From the NCBI GenBank assembly GCA_027036135.1, contig JALVSY010000007.1, positions 388,880 to 452,879 on the forward strand: a stretch of DNA of 64,000 nt, written 5' to 3'. Shown here one piece after another: positions 50,047 to 59,649 of the stretch (positions within the stretch are counted from its first letter, which is position 1; each line of letters begins with the position of its first letter). A model generated the notes under the pieces. The model was not told the origin of the DNA. It did no database searches and was given only the letters and a program-made list of their open reading frames with translations. Position numbers and translations under genes: made by a program. This DNA comes from Pyrodictiaceae archaeon (GTDB lineage Archaea > Thermoproteota > Thermoprotei_A > Sulfolobales > Pyrodictiaceae).

Positions 50047-50089
50047 GTTATCGTCATCTATTATCAGGCCGGGAGTAATTCATCACGTA
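50033..50089 (-). ncRNA. Box C/D sRNA overlapping the hjc 3' end in antisense
   Basis: C GTGATGA, D' CTGA, C' ATGACGA, D CTGA with 12-nt guides. Confidence 0.9.
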
Positions 50090-50125
50090 TCTGCTCTTTA
50101 CTGTTAGTCTTGGATGGGCTCACTT

Positions 50126-51124
50126 TTATGAAGGTCTAATCTTTTTCTCAACGATATACGTATTATCCTTAAACCGCCATATAGCTCGTATAATATTAAG
50201 ATGGTCTGGCTTCATCTTTATAACAATATTCTTCTTTTCGCCCGCCTCTATTTGTTCGATAACTTTTCTATCTACAACAGTACCTACAGCGATATCAACA
50301 ATGACAACATTGGTTGCAACATTATTACCATTATTCTCTACTACTATCTCAGCTTTACTATTATTAAGTTTTCTAATATTAATATCTATATTCGGTCTAG
50401 GTATGTTTGTTTCGTAAATTAGGAGTGAGGAAACTATAATTTCCTTAGGAAGGTAGGCACCACTACCTATATGAGCTATAGTCAGTGCTTGAACTTCCTT
50501 AATGTTGTCTGTATACTCAAGTGAACCCTGATACCCAGAGATTTCTACTTTTGAATGGTTACTCGCCAATATTAATTGTGCCGAGGAATGAGGAATTGTA
50601 AGAGTCATTTTGATGTATGCGTCCCCAAGCCTAAAGGGAAGTCCTATACGAGTTTTTTCGCCAGGACCTAGTATTAGGGGTTCATTTAGATAGACATACT
50701 TTGTATGTGCTTTTTTGTTGCTCGTAAGTGTTAAGAACCCTATATGAAGCAAGTTAATTTCGTTATTCATTTCGGGATAAAATATGCTGACCCTATACCT
50801 TGCTGAGGGCTTAGACTTTACTATAGGAGTGACATCGAATACAATTTTACATACATAACCATTACTATATCTTTTACATACTTGCGGCTTAAACTCACGT
50901 GTTAGGACAACATCGGATAACTCTATTTTCCATTTTCTCGCATTATTACTTTTAATGGATACAACTATATCAAGTAAAGCTCTTACTATTTCTTCCGAAC
51001 CATAAGAGGCGATAGCAAAGTCAATGTAGTAATGTGTCTTATTTCCGACACCGCCTAGAATTACTTGAGGAGCAATGGCCTCGTATGCTAAATCAAAGCT
51101 ACCACTCTCATGTACTACTTGCAT
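50126..51124 (-). CDS. Hypothetical beta-rich protein with C-terminal CARDB-like domain
   Basis: IVVENNGNNVATNV...IEAGEKK; GGAGGTGA SD. Confidence 0.7.
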   Translation of the reverse strand: MQVVHESGSFDLAYEAIAPQVILGGVGNKTHYYIDFAIASYGSEEIVRALLDIVVSIKSNNARKWKIELSDVVLTREFKPQVCKRYSNGYVCKIVFDVTPIVKSKPSARYRVSIFYPEMNNEINLLHIGFLTLTSNKKAHTKYVYLNEPLILGPGEKTRIGLPFRLGDAYIKMTLTIPHSSAQLILASNHSKVEISGYQGSLEYTDNIKEVQALTIAHIGSGAYLPKEIIVSSLLIYETNIPRPNIDINIRKLNNSKAEIVVENNGNNVATNVVIVDIAVGTVVDRKVIEQIEAGEKKNIVIKMKPDHLNIIRAIWRFKDNTYIVEKKIRPS

Positions 51125-51215
51125 AGTTATTGCATCTTCACCTCCTTCTCTGCTCCAATCATTATTGCTTACCGCTACTATAAGGAAGTTTAATCCTTAC
51201 CCCCCCATAGTAATC

Positions 51216-52886
51216 TTACACAATTAACCCTAGGTATTCTTGCGCCTTGCTTAGTACTTTTTTCATAGTTCTCTCTTCTTGGGTATCTTTGAGCGCCACA
51301 TAATAAAGTCGAGCGGTTTTTCCCTCGGCGGGTCTAAGTAAGCGCCCCAATCTCTGTATGAATTGGCGTGTAGACGAGGTACCTGAAACTATTATTCCTA
51401 CATTCGCATCTGGTATATCTATACCTTCATCACCAAGCGTTGTCAATATTAGTACTTTATATCTATTATTCTTAAATAAATTAAATACAAGGTTCCTAGT
51501 ATTCTTATTGGTCTTGCTAGTGACTACTGGTGCTCCAAGTTTCTTCCCAAGTTTTTTCGCTTGTGATACATATTGCGTAAATATTATTATTTTTGAATTA
51601 TTTTTTAATTCTCTTTCAACTATTTCTTTTACTGAATCAAGCTTCTTTTCAGAGCTTAATAATATCCTCCTTATTTCGTTCATTATTTGTAATGCCTGCT
51701 TAGCCGATTCCTCGCCAAAAGCAGCTGCTTGTATAAGCTCACGTATTTCTCTACCCTTGGCAAGGGCAAAGAAACGTTTCCTTAGTTCTTTATATTTTGT
51801 GCGAAGTTTCTCCTCTAATGGAACCACAACTGGTATTATATTAAAAGGTGCTATAAAGCCAGCACTTATTAGATCAGCTAAACTCCTTGAATAGACTATG
51901 CCGCCTACAAGACTGAATAACTCTTCGTGTTTGCCGTCCTCTCTATAAGGTGTTGCCGATAAACCTAGGCGATAAGGTGCTAAAATACCCTCTGCAATTG
52001 CTCTAAATTTGTCGGCTGGGAGATGATGTACCTCATCAATTATTATTAGAGAGAACTTGTCTTTAAGGAGATTAATGTTGCGAAAAGCTGATTGATAAGT
52101 AGTTACTGTTATAGGTTTAATAATTTTCTTTTCGGAGTAGAATTCGCCGATAAGCCTAGTGGATCCCTTTACAAATCTCCTTATCTTATCAAGCCATTCG
52201 CTCAATTGCTCTTTTGTGTACACAACTATGAGAGTCGGCACACTTAGCTTAACTAAAGCTCCAAGACCTATAATAGTCTTGCCAGCACCGGTAGGAAGCG
52301 CTATCACTCCCCGGTATCGATGTCTTATCCATTCATTGAGCGCTTCCTCTTGATAGGGCCTTAGCGGAACACTAAGTTCCAAATCCCCTATTTTCTCATT
52401 TGCAATAATGAGACCTGTCTTATCAATTATCCTAAGACCTTCGCTTTCTAAGCGTGCTATTACATCGATAATAGCATAAGGTTTTACAAGGAATCCCCTA
52501 TGAAGACGAGAATACCAGACTACACGTTTCTCCTTAAACACTTGAAGATAGTCATTTAAATATATCGGTGAGCGGAGAATATACATATTGTTGTGTTTAT
52601 ATATTTCAACAATTCGAAATTCTCTTAGTCTATTAATAATATCGTTTTTTGATCCTCCTACAATCTCTGCGCCGATTTCATCGATAAGGTCAAGTACCTT
52701 CTCCATAGCTGAAATATTATTCGCATCCACTAAGAAAGTGCTGCACCCATTCTCTCGGCCTATATATGTAGCAAATTCTATAATTTTGTTAAACTCTTCT
52801 TTCTCGAGCCAGCGGCAAACCCTAAGCTTGATAAGCAATCTATAGCCCCTTTTTCTAAATTCTTCTTGTCTTCTCTCTATGAACAC
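51216..52886 (-). CDS. xpb: XPB-family SF2 helicase
   Basis: LRPYQEEAL, LPTGAGKT, DEVHH, LSATPYRED (RED motif), QRLGRLLRP. Confidence 0.9.
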   Translation of the reverse strand: MFIERRQEEFRKRGYRLLIKLRVCRWLEKEEFNKIIEFATYIGRENGCSTFLVDANNISAMEKVLDLIDEIGAEIVGGSKNDIINRLREFRIVEIYKHNNMYILRSPIYLNDYLQVFKEKRVVWYSRLHRGFLVKPYAIIDVIARLESEGLRIIDKTGLIIANEKIGDLELSVPLRPYQEEALNEWIRHRYRGVIALPTGAGKTIIGLGALVKLSVPTLIVVYTKEQLSEWLDKIRRFVKGSTRLIGEFYSEKKIIKPITVTTYQSAFRNINLLKDKFSLIIIDEVHHLPADKFRAIAEGILAPYRLGLSATPYREDGKHEELFSLVGGIVYSRSLADLISAGFIAPFNIIPVVVPLEEKLRTKYKELRKRFFALAKGREIRELIQAAAFGEESAKQALQIMNEIRRILLSSEKKLDSVKEIVERELKNNSKIIIFTQYVSQAKKLGKKLGAPVVTSKTNKNTRNLVFNLFKNNRYKVLILTTLGDEGIDIPDANVGIIVSGTSSTRQFIQRLGRLLRPAEGKTARLYYVALKDTQEERTMKKVLSKAQEYLGLIV

Positions 52887-53346
52887 TAGGAGTCAAGCGT
52901 CCGTTACTCGTTTTTGAGGAGGTAATACATTCTATTTGTTCTCTCAGATCACTAATTTCGTTTAAACATAGCATGCTTCGTCTCTTGCTGTTACTTAGCC
53001 CTAAGCACTTCATTATCTCTTGGTATTCGTTTTCGTCATCAAGAACTAGTAGAGTATAAGGGCCCTCTTTAACTATATATAATATATTATTGATATTTAT
53101 ATTTTTTATACAATTATAATTATTTGTACAAATTATGTAACCATAGAGAAGTACACCGGGTACATTATTATTATCTATCGGTAAATCTATTTTAAATATG
53201 CAGCCAGTAATAAGATCGTCTGAGTCATGAAGAGAAGCTACCAGGTGACAGTCCCAGATACTAGCAAACGCAGCAACATACGTATAATCCACTTTACAAA
53301 GCTCCCTGCGTGGGTTCGTCATCACATATCCCTTTTTCTTCAGCAT
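52855..53346 (-). CDS. Hypothetical protein (AT-rich)
   Basis: 163-aa ORF in operon-like arrangement. Confidence 0.5.
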   Translation of the reverse strand: MLKKKGYVMTNPRRELCKVDYTYVAAFASIWDCHLVASLHDSDDLITGCIFKIDLPIDNNNVPGVLLYGYIICTNNYNCIKNININNILYIVKEGPYTLLVLDDENEYQEIMKCLGLSNSKRRSMLCLNEISDLREQIECITSSKTSNGRLTPSVHREKTRRI

Positions 53347-53358
53347 TTAAAACCCCGG

Positions 53359-54165
53359 TCATCGCTCAAGTATACACTTGATACTCATTCCACCATATTT
53401 CTTCAATTCACTTCCGCAAACTATAATTAGTGGAATGACTTCTTTTATCTTTAGTACACTCCTTATACGCTCACAAATAGTTCCTATTGCCTCAACATTA
53501 ATAACCAAAGGAAAGACTAGCAAAGCGTGGGAAGCTCTTGTCCTAAGCGCATCGTATCTAGTGCACGCAAATATAGCTATTGGGTTTGTTGCAATGGAAA
53601 AACATTCGGCACGAGTTCCCGGCACAATAGGGGCGAAATAAAGCACAACTAGGTTCTTCATAAACGCGTCACTAAGCTTCATAGCAAGTGAAATAGACGG
53701 GTCATTAAACGATATAATGACGTCTGCGTTGATGACTTCATTGGCGAATTTCCTTATTGTGAGTAAAAGCAGTGTGTTGGCTACAACGTCATTATATAGT
53801 AGGTCGGGATTTTTTCTTATAAGATTAGCTATTTCTTTCGATATTTTTGAATTAGCAATAAAATTATTAATTATTTTTTCGGCAATATTCTTTCCGGGTA
53901 AGCTGTGTCTATGCAAGTACCTGCTTATCATCGAAGGCGGTATTCCCAGCATTGTTGAGATATCTTTATAGCTATAAAATTTGTGCATTAATTCTATAAT
54001 ATCCACGGCCATGCGTCTATAGTCGATTAGCCTAGTAAATACATTGTCTCTCCGCATAGTATCCAGCCTGGTGTTTCCATTACTCTGATTAAGATGATTA
54101 ACTTGAACAACTATTACCTGGTTGTATGTGATTTTCTGCTCGTATAGGACTTTAACACACGGCAA
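53359..54165 (-). CDS. HTH plus degenerate phosphoribosyltransferase-like protein (start likely downstream of TTG)
   Basis: SYKDISTMLGIPPSMISRY...LPG HTH. Confidence 0.65.
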   Translation of the reverse strand: MPCVKVLYEQKITYNQVIVVQVNHLNQSNGNTRLDTMRRDNVFTRLIDYRRMAVDIIELMHKFYSYKDISTMLGIPPSMISRYLHRHSLPGKNIAEKIINNFIANSKISKEIANLIRKNPDLLYNDVVANTLLLLTIRKFANEVINADVIISFNDPSISLAMKLSDAFMKNLVVLYFAPIVPGTRAECFSIATNPIAIFACTRYDALRTRASHALLVFPLVINVEAIGTICERIRSVLKIKEVIPLIIVCGSELKKYGGMSIKCILER

Positions 54166-54223
54166 TTTAATAAGAGCTTCCTTTCAACAGAAGTGTGCCT
54201 TGGAGGAGTGAGGGAAAAAGTGC

Positions 54224-55093
54224 ATGTCATCGCAGCAAAAAGTGCCTCCTGAGGTAAAAGCTCGTATAGAAGCTATTAAGCGAATTAGAGAACAGGAGGA
54301 ACAAGTTCGGAAAAATCTTGAGAAAATAAAGTACAAGATAGCAATTCTTAGCGGTAAAGGTGGAGTAGGTAAGTCGTTTGTTACAGCTAGTCTCGCTTTT
54401 GCACTGGCTTACTTGGGTAAACAAGTTGGTGTGTTGGATGCGGATATTTATGGGCCATCAATTCCTAAGATGATGGGGGTTGCTGGTCAGCCTGTTATGG
54501 GTACACCGGATGGGCGTATTATACCAGTTGTGGCTCCGCTTGGTGTAAAAGTACTCTCTATAGGTGTTATGCTTCCATCCGAGGACACGCCAGTTATATG
54601 GCGAGGGCCAATGTCTACGTCAGCTATTCGAGAAATGTTGGCGTATGCGGATTGGGGTGAGCTTGATTATCTGCTAATAGACCTACCTCCAGGCACAGGG
54701 GACGAGCAGCTAACTATTCTTCAGCTCATTAAGGACTTGACTGGCACGATAATAGTCACAATACCATCTGATGTGTCTAGAGTGGTTGTTGCTAAAGCAA
54801 TAAACTTTGCAAGAAAGCTCAATGCACCAATACTAGGCATAATCGAGAATATGAGTTATTTTACATGTCCTGATGGTACAAAGCACTATATATTCGGCCA
54901 GGGAGCTGGTAAGAAAATAGCTGAAAAATACAATGTAAGATTTCTTGGCGAAATACCAATAGATCCTAGAATATCCAGAGCCAATGACGCGGGTGAACCC
55001 TTCTTTGTGAAATATCCTGATAGCGAGGCAGCAAAGGTTCTACTAGAGTTAGCCCAGAAAATAATTGAAATTGTTGAAGGAAAAACTCAGTAA
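54224..55093 (+). CDS. Mrp/Nbp35 Fe-S cluster carrier ATPase
   Basis: SGKGGVGKS, DADIYGPS, WRGP, DLPPGTGD, ENMS. Confidence 0.95.
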   Translation: MSSQQKVPPEVKARIEAIKRIREQEEQVRKNLEKIKYKIAILSGKGGVGKSFVTASLAFALAYLGKQVGVLDADIYGPSIPKMMGVAGQPVMGTPDGRIIPVVAPLGVKVLSIGVMLPSEDTPVIWRGPMSTSAIREMLAYADWGELDYLLIDLPPGTGDEQLTILQLIKDLTGTIIVTIPSDVSRVVVAKAINFARKLNAPILGIIENMSYFTCPDGTKHYIFGQGAGKKIAEKYNVRFLGEIPIDPRISRANDAGEPFFVKYPDSEAAKVLLELAQKIIEIVEGKTQ

Positions 55094-55148
55094 CAAATAG
55101 TTAAAACAAAATCCATTTTAAGTTTTAACTATAACTTGTGGTAAACGG

Positions 55149-55568
55149 TTGGGATTTATGAGAACAACCGAGATAGTGAAAGTTGATAGCAAAGGTAGAG
55201 TTACCATACCTCTCGTAGTGAGAGAAGCATTAAACATTGTTGAAGGGATGAATCTAATTCTCATAGCTGACACGGATAGGAGAGAGATAATACTTACGCC
55301 TCTGCCTAGTATTGAGGCAAAGCTATATGAGCTTAGAATCGAGGTCAAGGATGTTCCTGGAGCTCTAGCCAAGGTTGCTGGTAGATTAGCAGAGCTTGGG
55401 GCTGATATAGTAATATCTCAGTGCACGTCAATTAAGAGAGGAGAGTTTGCCGAGTGTGTTATCGTAGTGGATGTATCCAGGTCTAATAAGGATATTGAGG
55501 AAATAAAGTCCGAGCTCTCAGCGCTAGACGTTGTTAGATTCATTCAAGCTAGGTCCCTAAAGCGTTGA
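55149..55568 (+). CDS. AbrB/MazE-domain plus ACT-domain regulator
   Basis: VDSKGRVTIP..VRE, DVPGALAKV. Confidence 0.88.
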   Translation: MGFMRTTEIVKVDSKGRVTIPLVVREALNIVEGMNLILIADTDRREIILTPLPSIEAKLYELRIEVKDVPGALAKVAGRLAELGADIVISQCTSIKRGEFAECVIVVDVSRSNKDIEEIKSELSALDVVRFIQARSLKR

Positions 55569-55648
55569 GGATAATGATAGCATAAGGACACGAGATATCC
55601 AAGGCAGCACTCAATTTTTCTTCTGCGTATTGTTTCTAAAGGTATCGG

Positions 55649-56482
55649 ATGGGCTCTATGACTAGTGAGCGATATGTCTCAATCTATGTCGGTTGTTGTG
55701 GTTTTCCTATGGCGCGTTCACGTTATTATAGGACTTTCAAGACAGTTGAGATCCAGCAGACGTTTTACAATTTACCAACGGCTAATACAGCTATGCGTTG
55801 GCGTGAGGAGGCACCAAGCGATTTTATATTCAACATGAAGGCGTGGCAGGTCATAACGCATCCTCCAAGCAGCCCTACTTGGAGAAGGTTAAGATCCGAG
55901 CCTCCAGGTAATAAGAAGAACTATGGCCTACTCAAGCCAACTGAGGAAAATTTCTCTGCGTGGAGACGCAGTCTGGATATCGCCAGAATTTTAAGAGCTC
56001 GATTGATTGTTCTCCAGACGCCTCCCAGTTTTGGCTATAGCGATGAACATGTTAACTGGGTTAATATTTTCTTTTCACGCGCTGTAATTGAAGCTAATCA
56101 GTTGGGTGTGCTAGTTGGGTGGGAACCTAGGGGGAGCTGGCGAGATGCCCTAGAGACCGTAAAGGAGATTGTATGCAAGCACGGGGTTATTCATATTGTT
56201 GACCCGCTGCGCCTTGACCCGGTTATTTGTGAGAAGCAGACAGTTCTATACTTTAGGCTTCATGGTCTAGGGGGAAAAGAGGTAAATTATAGATATAAAT
56301 ATAGAGACAATGATTTAGTTTTATTAGCTAATAAATTATCTAACTATCTAGAGACTCATAAAGATTTAGAAGAAGTATATGTTATGTTTAATAATATCTA
56401 CATGTTAGATGATGGCATTAGATTTAGGCAGATAGCTTCTGAACACCTTAGCAACAAGTATCCACGGATTAAGATATACTAG
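55649..56482 (+). CDS. DUF72 family protein
   Basis: VGCCGF, VEIQQTFY, KAWQVITH, QTPPSF, WEPRG, YFRLHG, MFNN. Confidence 0.92.
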   Translation: MGSMTSERYVSIYVGCCGFPMARSRYYRTFKTVEIQQTFYNLPTANTAMRWREEAPSDFIFNMKAWQVITHPPSSPTWRRLRSEPPGNKKNYGLLKPTEENFSAWRRSLDIARILRARLIVLQTPPSFGYSDEHVNWVNIFFSRAVIEANQLGVLVGWEPRGSWRDALETVKEIVCKHGVIHIVDPLRLDPVICEKQTVLYFRLHGLGGKEVNYRYKYRDNDLVLLANKLSNYLETHKDLEEVYVMFNNIYMLDDGIRFRQIASEHLSNKYPRIKIY

Positions 56483-56515
56483 ATGTTAAGCTGTATGTCG
56501 CTCCATTTTACAGTG

Positions 56516-56583
56516 GGCTCAGTCGGTGGTTAGTTCTTCATCTATTGCGGCACGGTCAAGGCGGGTAGAGCGCCATCATCGCC
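56516..56583 (-). ncRNA. Box C/D sRNA
   Basis: C ATGATGG, D' TTGA, C' ATGAAGA, 12-nt guide, D CTGA, GGC/GCC stem. Confidence 0.82.
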
Positions 56584-56657
56584 ATCTATAGCATAAGTCC
56601 CTAGGTATAAATAAAGCTGAAAGTTCTCTACTAAAGATAACGTACGGAGGGTGAGGT

Positions 56658-57419
56658 ATGAGCTTTAGAGCCATTTATCCCGCGGCTACGAAGTTTAAAT
56701 ATATAGTTCAGACACTTGCAAAGGTGATGGACGAGATACCCTTTGTAGCCACAGCTGAGGGGCTCGAAGTTAAGGCGCTAACGCCTGATAAAACTACAAT
56801 GATAATTTTACGTCTCCCATCAACTGTCTTTGATTCTTTTGAGTTAGCAGAGGAGAAGAAAACCTTCATAGTCAGTGCTGACGAGTTAAATAGGATTGCC
56901 AAGCGAGGTACACGCAATGATATTGTTGAGCTAAAACTTGATGAAGAACATCGTAGGTTAGAGATAAACTTTCACGATAAGAAGACAGGTGTAGTTCGGT
57001 CGTTTTATGTGGCTCTCCGGGAGGGCATAGTTGAGGAGCTAAGTGAGCCTCAAGTGGAACTGAGTGTTACTGCGCGCATGATGGCAGAGGACTTCAAGAA
57101 TATAATTAATGATGCTAAGATAGTCAGTGACGAGGTAGAGTTCAAAACATATGAGGATAAGATAGAGGTTCTAGCTGAAACTACCCAGAAACGCTATCGT
57201 GGTGTCCTGGTGCAGGGAGATCCGCTGCTTAGCTTAGATGTTAGTGGGAATCCTCCTATATCAGCTAAGTACTCTATAGATCTATTGAAGGCTACGCTGA
57301 AGGCGACGAGTGCAGCTGATACAGTAACCTTGCAATATGGAGAATCGCTTCCTATGAGGCTTAGCTTCGATCTACCTGGTGGAGGCATACTCGTGTACTG
57401 GGTGTCTCCTAGAATCTAA
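56658..57419 (+). CDS. pcn: DNA sliding clamp PCNA subunit
   Basis: 253 aa; ALTPDKTTM, AKYSIDLL, PMRLSF, YWVSPRI. Confidence 0.92.
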   Translation: MSFRAIYPAATKFKYIVQTLAKVMDEIPFVATAEGLEVKALTPDKTTMIILRLPSTVFDSFELAEEKKTFIVSADELNRIAKRGTRNDIVELKLDEEHRRLEINFHDKKTGVVRSFYVALREGIVEELSEPQVELSVTARMMAEDFKNIINDAKIVSDEVEFKTYEDKIEVLAETTQKRYRGVLVQGDPLLSLDVSGNPPISAKYSIDLLKATLKATSAADTVTLQYGESLPMRLSFDLPGGGILVYWVSPRI

Positions 57420-57655
57420 CTTCCTTCCAGTTTCCTCAGTAGTTCTTCAAGTGCTTTCTTTGCCTCTTCCTTTGTCTCTGTTACTCTAGGTACTACTCCT
57501 CTTAGTGAAGGAAACCAGGCTGGTCGAGGACACTGGTTTCGTTCTGGACAAGCTAGACAGCAATATGGGCACACACTTCTCTCGGGATGAAGCCAGCATT
57601 GACGCGTAGGTCTGTGTCGTCCACATACATCGCATCTTTCCCAATAGATGCTCAT
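57416..57655 (-). CDS. Small Cys-rich zinc-binding protein
   Basis: ATG 57655: WERCDVCG...C..H...CPYCCLACP...C. Confidence 0.8.
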   Translation of the reverse strand: MSIYWERCDVCGRHRPTRQCWLHPERSVCPYCCLACPERNQCPRPAWFPSLRGVVPRVTETKEEAKKALEELLRKLEGS

Positions 57656-57906
57656 TCCCGACCCCAGTACTCCTATTGATGCTTGAGGCAAACTAAAAAG
57701 GAGCAAGGCCTTAAAGTGTTATTAAACAAGTCTTATAAGAATACCATATAGATGGCTGACCGATGATAAGCGGTAATCGCGGCGGGGTATATCTCTTACA
57801 AGAGCCCCGTGGAGTAGGCCGCTCAGAGGGATGATGCCGTTAGAGACTTCTCTAGCTATTTATTAGGTGTGTGCTATCCTCTAAGGGGTTAACTGAGGGA
57901 TAAGGG

Positions 57907-58287
57907 ATGAAGCGAATAACCATAGAAATCGATTTCGCGAAGTATAAATCAGTAAAACTTCCTAAGGATGAGGCCGAGAAACTCCTCCAGACACTTACCG
58001 AGATACTGGGTAAGAAGCCCAATGATATACAGGAGACACTTAGGTATATCAAGAACTTTGACGAGTTCTTTGAATATATGAGGAAAAAATTCAAGGACTA
58101 TCTCGCGCCACCGCATAGGGCTGATGACTATATTAGAGGTGAAGCAGTTGTTGACAAAGTTAAGTTGCTAAAAAGGAATAACGAAAAATATGTTATGATA
58201 ATATTTGATAGACGTGTTAAGGAAGACTTGATTAGAAAGGCTTTAGAGCAGCTAGGGTACGAGGTCGAAATAAAGAAGGTATTCTGA
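57907..58287 (+). CDS. Conserved hypothetical protein
   Basis: 126-aa ORF with GAGGG SD. Confidence 0.78.
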   Translation: MKRITIEIDFAKYKSVKLPKDEAEKLLQTLTEILGKKPNDIQETLRYIKNFDEFFEYMRKKFKDYLAPPHRADDYIRGEAVVDKVKLLKRNNEKYVMIIFDRRVKEDLIRKALEQLGYEVEIKKVF

Positions 58288-58304
58288 TCCAGTTCTTAAT
58301 CAAA

Positions 58305-58556
58305 TTATTTCTTCTTTTTACGCCTCTTTGAACCAACAGTAGGTATAGCCACCGCTTGTAGCGAGGAAATAGCCTCTTCAACGCTAAGTTCTCCGTGCAA
58401 AACCTTTTCTAGGATATCTGTGCGCTTCACCATTGCCTCAAGTAGCGACGCGTTTATGTCGATATCGATCGCCTCTTCTAACTCTTCTCCTTCAGCGCTG
58501 CTGGTCTCACTTGTCCCAGTCTCTTCAGCAATTACCGGCTCCTCTGCCTCGGACAT
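58305..58556 (-). CDS. rpo13: RNA polymerase subunit Rpo13
   Basis: Acidic N-terminus, MVKRTDILEKVLHGELSVEEA helix-turn-helix core (cf. Sulfolobus LMKNTEIWDNLLNGKISVDEA), basic tail. Confidence 0.75.
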   Translation of the reverse strand: MSEAEEPVIAEETGTSETSSAEGEELEEAIDIDINASLLEAMVKRTDILEKVLHGELSVEEAISSLQAVAIPTVGSKRRKKKK

Positions 58557-58635
58557 TCAATTTCACCTTCTCTCTTCGCTCACTTCTTGCAGCTTATAAC
58601 CTTTTGCGTTGCCTATTAAAATACTTCATTGTCCA

Positions 58636-59649
58636 TCAGCTTATACGCAGCATTAATGGAGTATTAATATCGTAGTCGCGGACAACGGCGTAACCTTTGG
58701 GTAGTAAGCCGAGTGTTTCCGTAAGTATATCTATCTCGTCGCGATTATTACTAACAGCTATACTTTCCGCAACATATTTTGCTAGTTTTGGTTCAACTTG
58801 CCGTAATGCTATCTTTGTACCAGTATTAGCCAAGATTGATTTGTCTAGGTCGTCTAGGCGCTGTGTTATCAGTATAAGTGCAAGCCCATATTTCCTTAAC
58901 TCAGTAGCCATGTTCGCTACAATATTTCTCCGTGAATTCTTAGATGCAACAAGATGAGCCTCATCGATTACAAGTACTGCCCTAACGGTTTTTGCCAGGT
59001 CTCTTTCCTTCATAGCTATATATAGTTTTTCGAGAAACAACTCTATGTATAGACTTTGCCACGATCTCTCTCCAATACTTGATAAATCTATTATTACTGG
59101 CTTCTCTGAACCAAAGATAGTATCTATTGAAATATTTGTTTTCGCGAATACTCTTGAGGCAAGCGACTCTACATATGTTGCAACAATATATGCTCGCTTC
59201 TCTCTACTAGCAATCCGTCTCAGTATCTGAGCAACATCAAGTAAAGTAGGCGGTGTTCTTCTCCAAGTACTTGGCTCATTCTCTATTATGCCTTTTGCCT
59301 CGTAAGCGAGAAGTATAGCGTCTTCCAGTAAGCGTTCTTGAAGCGGTCCCAGCTTAAAGAGCGATGATATTAGGGAAGTGATCTCGATTGCTCGTTGCCG
59401 TGGACTTTTTCCATGTAGGTCTAAAGGATTAATGGATGAAGTAGAGGCATCTATGACTATGCTATCGTTTAACAAGTTCTTATACTCACCATGAGGATCG
59501 ATGATAATTACACTCGATTTGGCTGATTTGGCTATCTGAGTAGCTATCCTCGCAGCTGTATACGATTTTCCGGATCCCGATGCCCCGCTAATCACAATGT
59601 GGGGGTTCGTATGCACGCCAATACTTATCTTATTATGAGTGGTGCCCAA
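58636..59649 (-). CDS. HerA/VirB4-like ATPase, probably the C-terminal part of a split membrane ATPase
   Basis: NPHIVISGASGSGKS, IIDPHGEY, INPL, IDEAH, ELRKYG, ITQR. Confidence 0.85.
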   Translation of the reverse strand: MGTTHNKISIGVHTNPHIVISGASGSGKSYTAARIATQIAKSAKSSVIIIDPHGEYKNLLNDSIVIDASTSSINPLDLHGKSPRQRAIEITSLISSLFKLGPLQERLLEDAILLAYEAKGIIENEPSTWRRTPPTLLDVAQILRRIASREKRAYIVATYVESLASRVFAKTNISIDTIFGSEKPVIIDLSSIGERSWQSLYIELFLEKLYIAMKERDLAKTVRAVLVIDEAHLVASKNSRRNIVANMATELRKYGLALILITQRLDDLDKSILANTGTKIALRQVEPKLAKYVAESIAVSNNRDEIDILTETLGLLPKGYAVVRDYDINTPLMLRIS

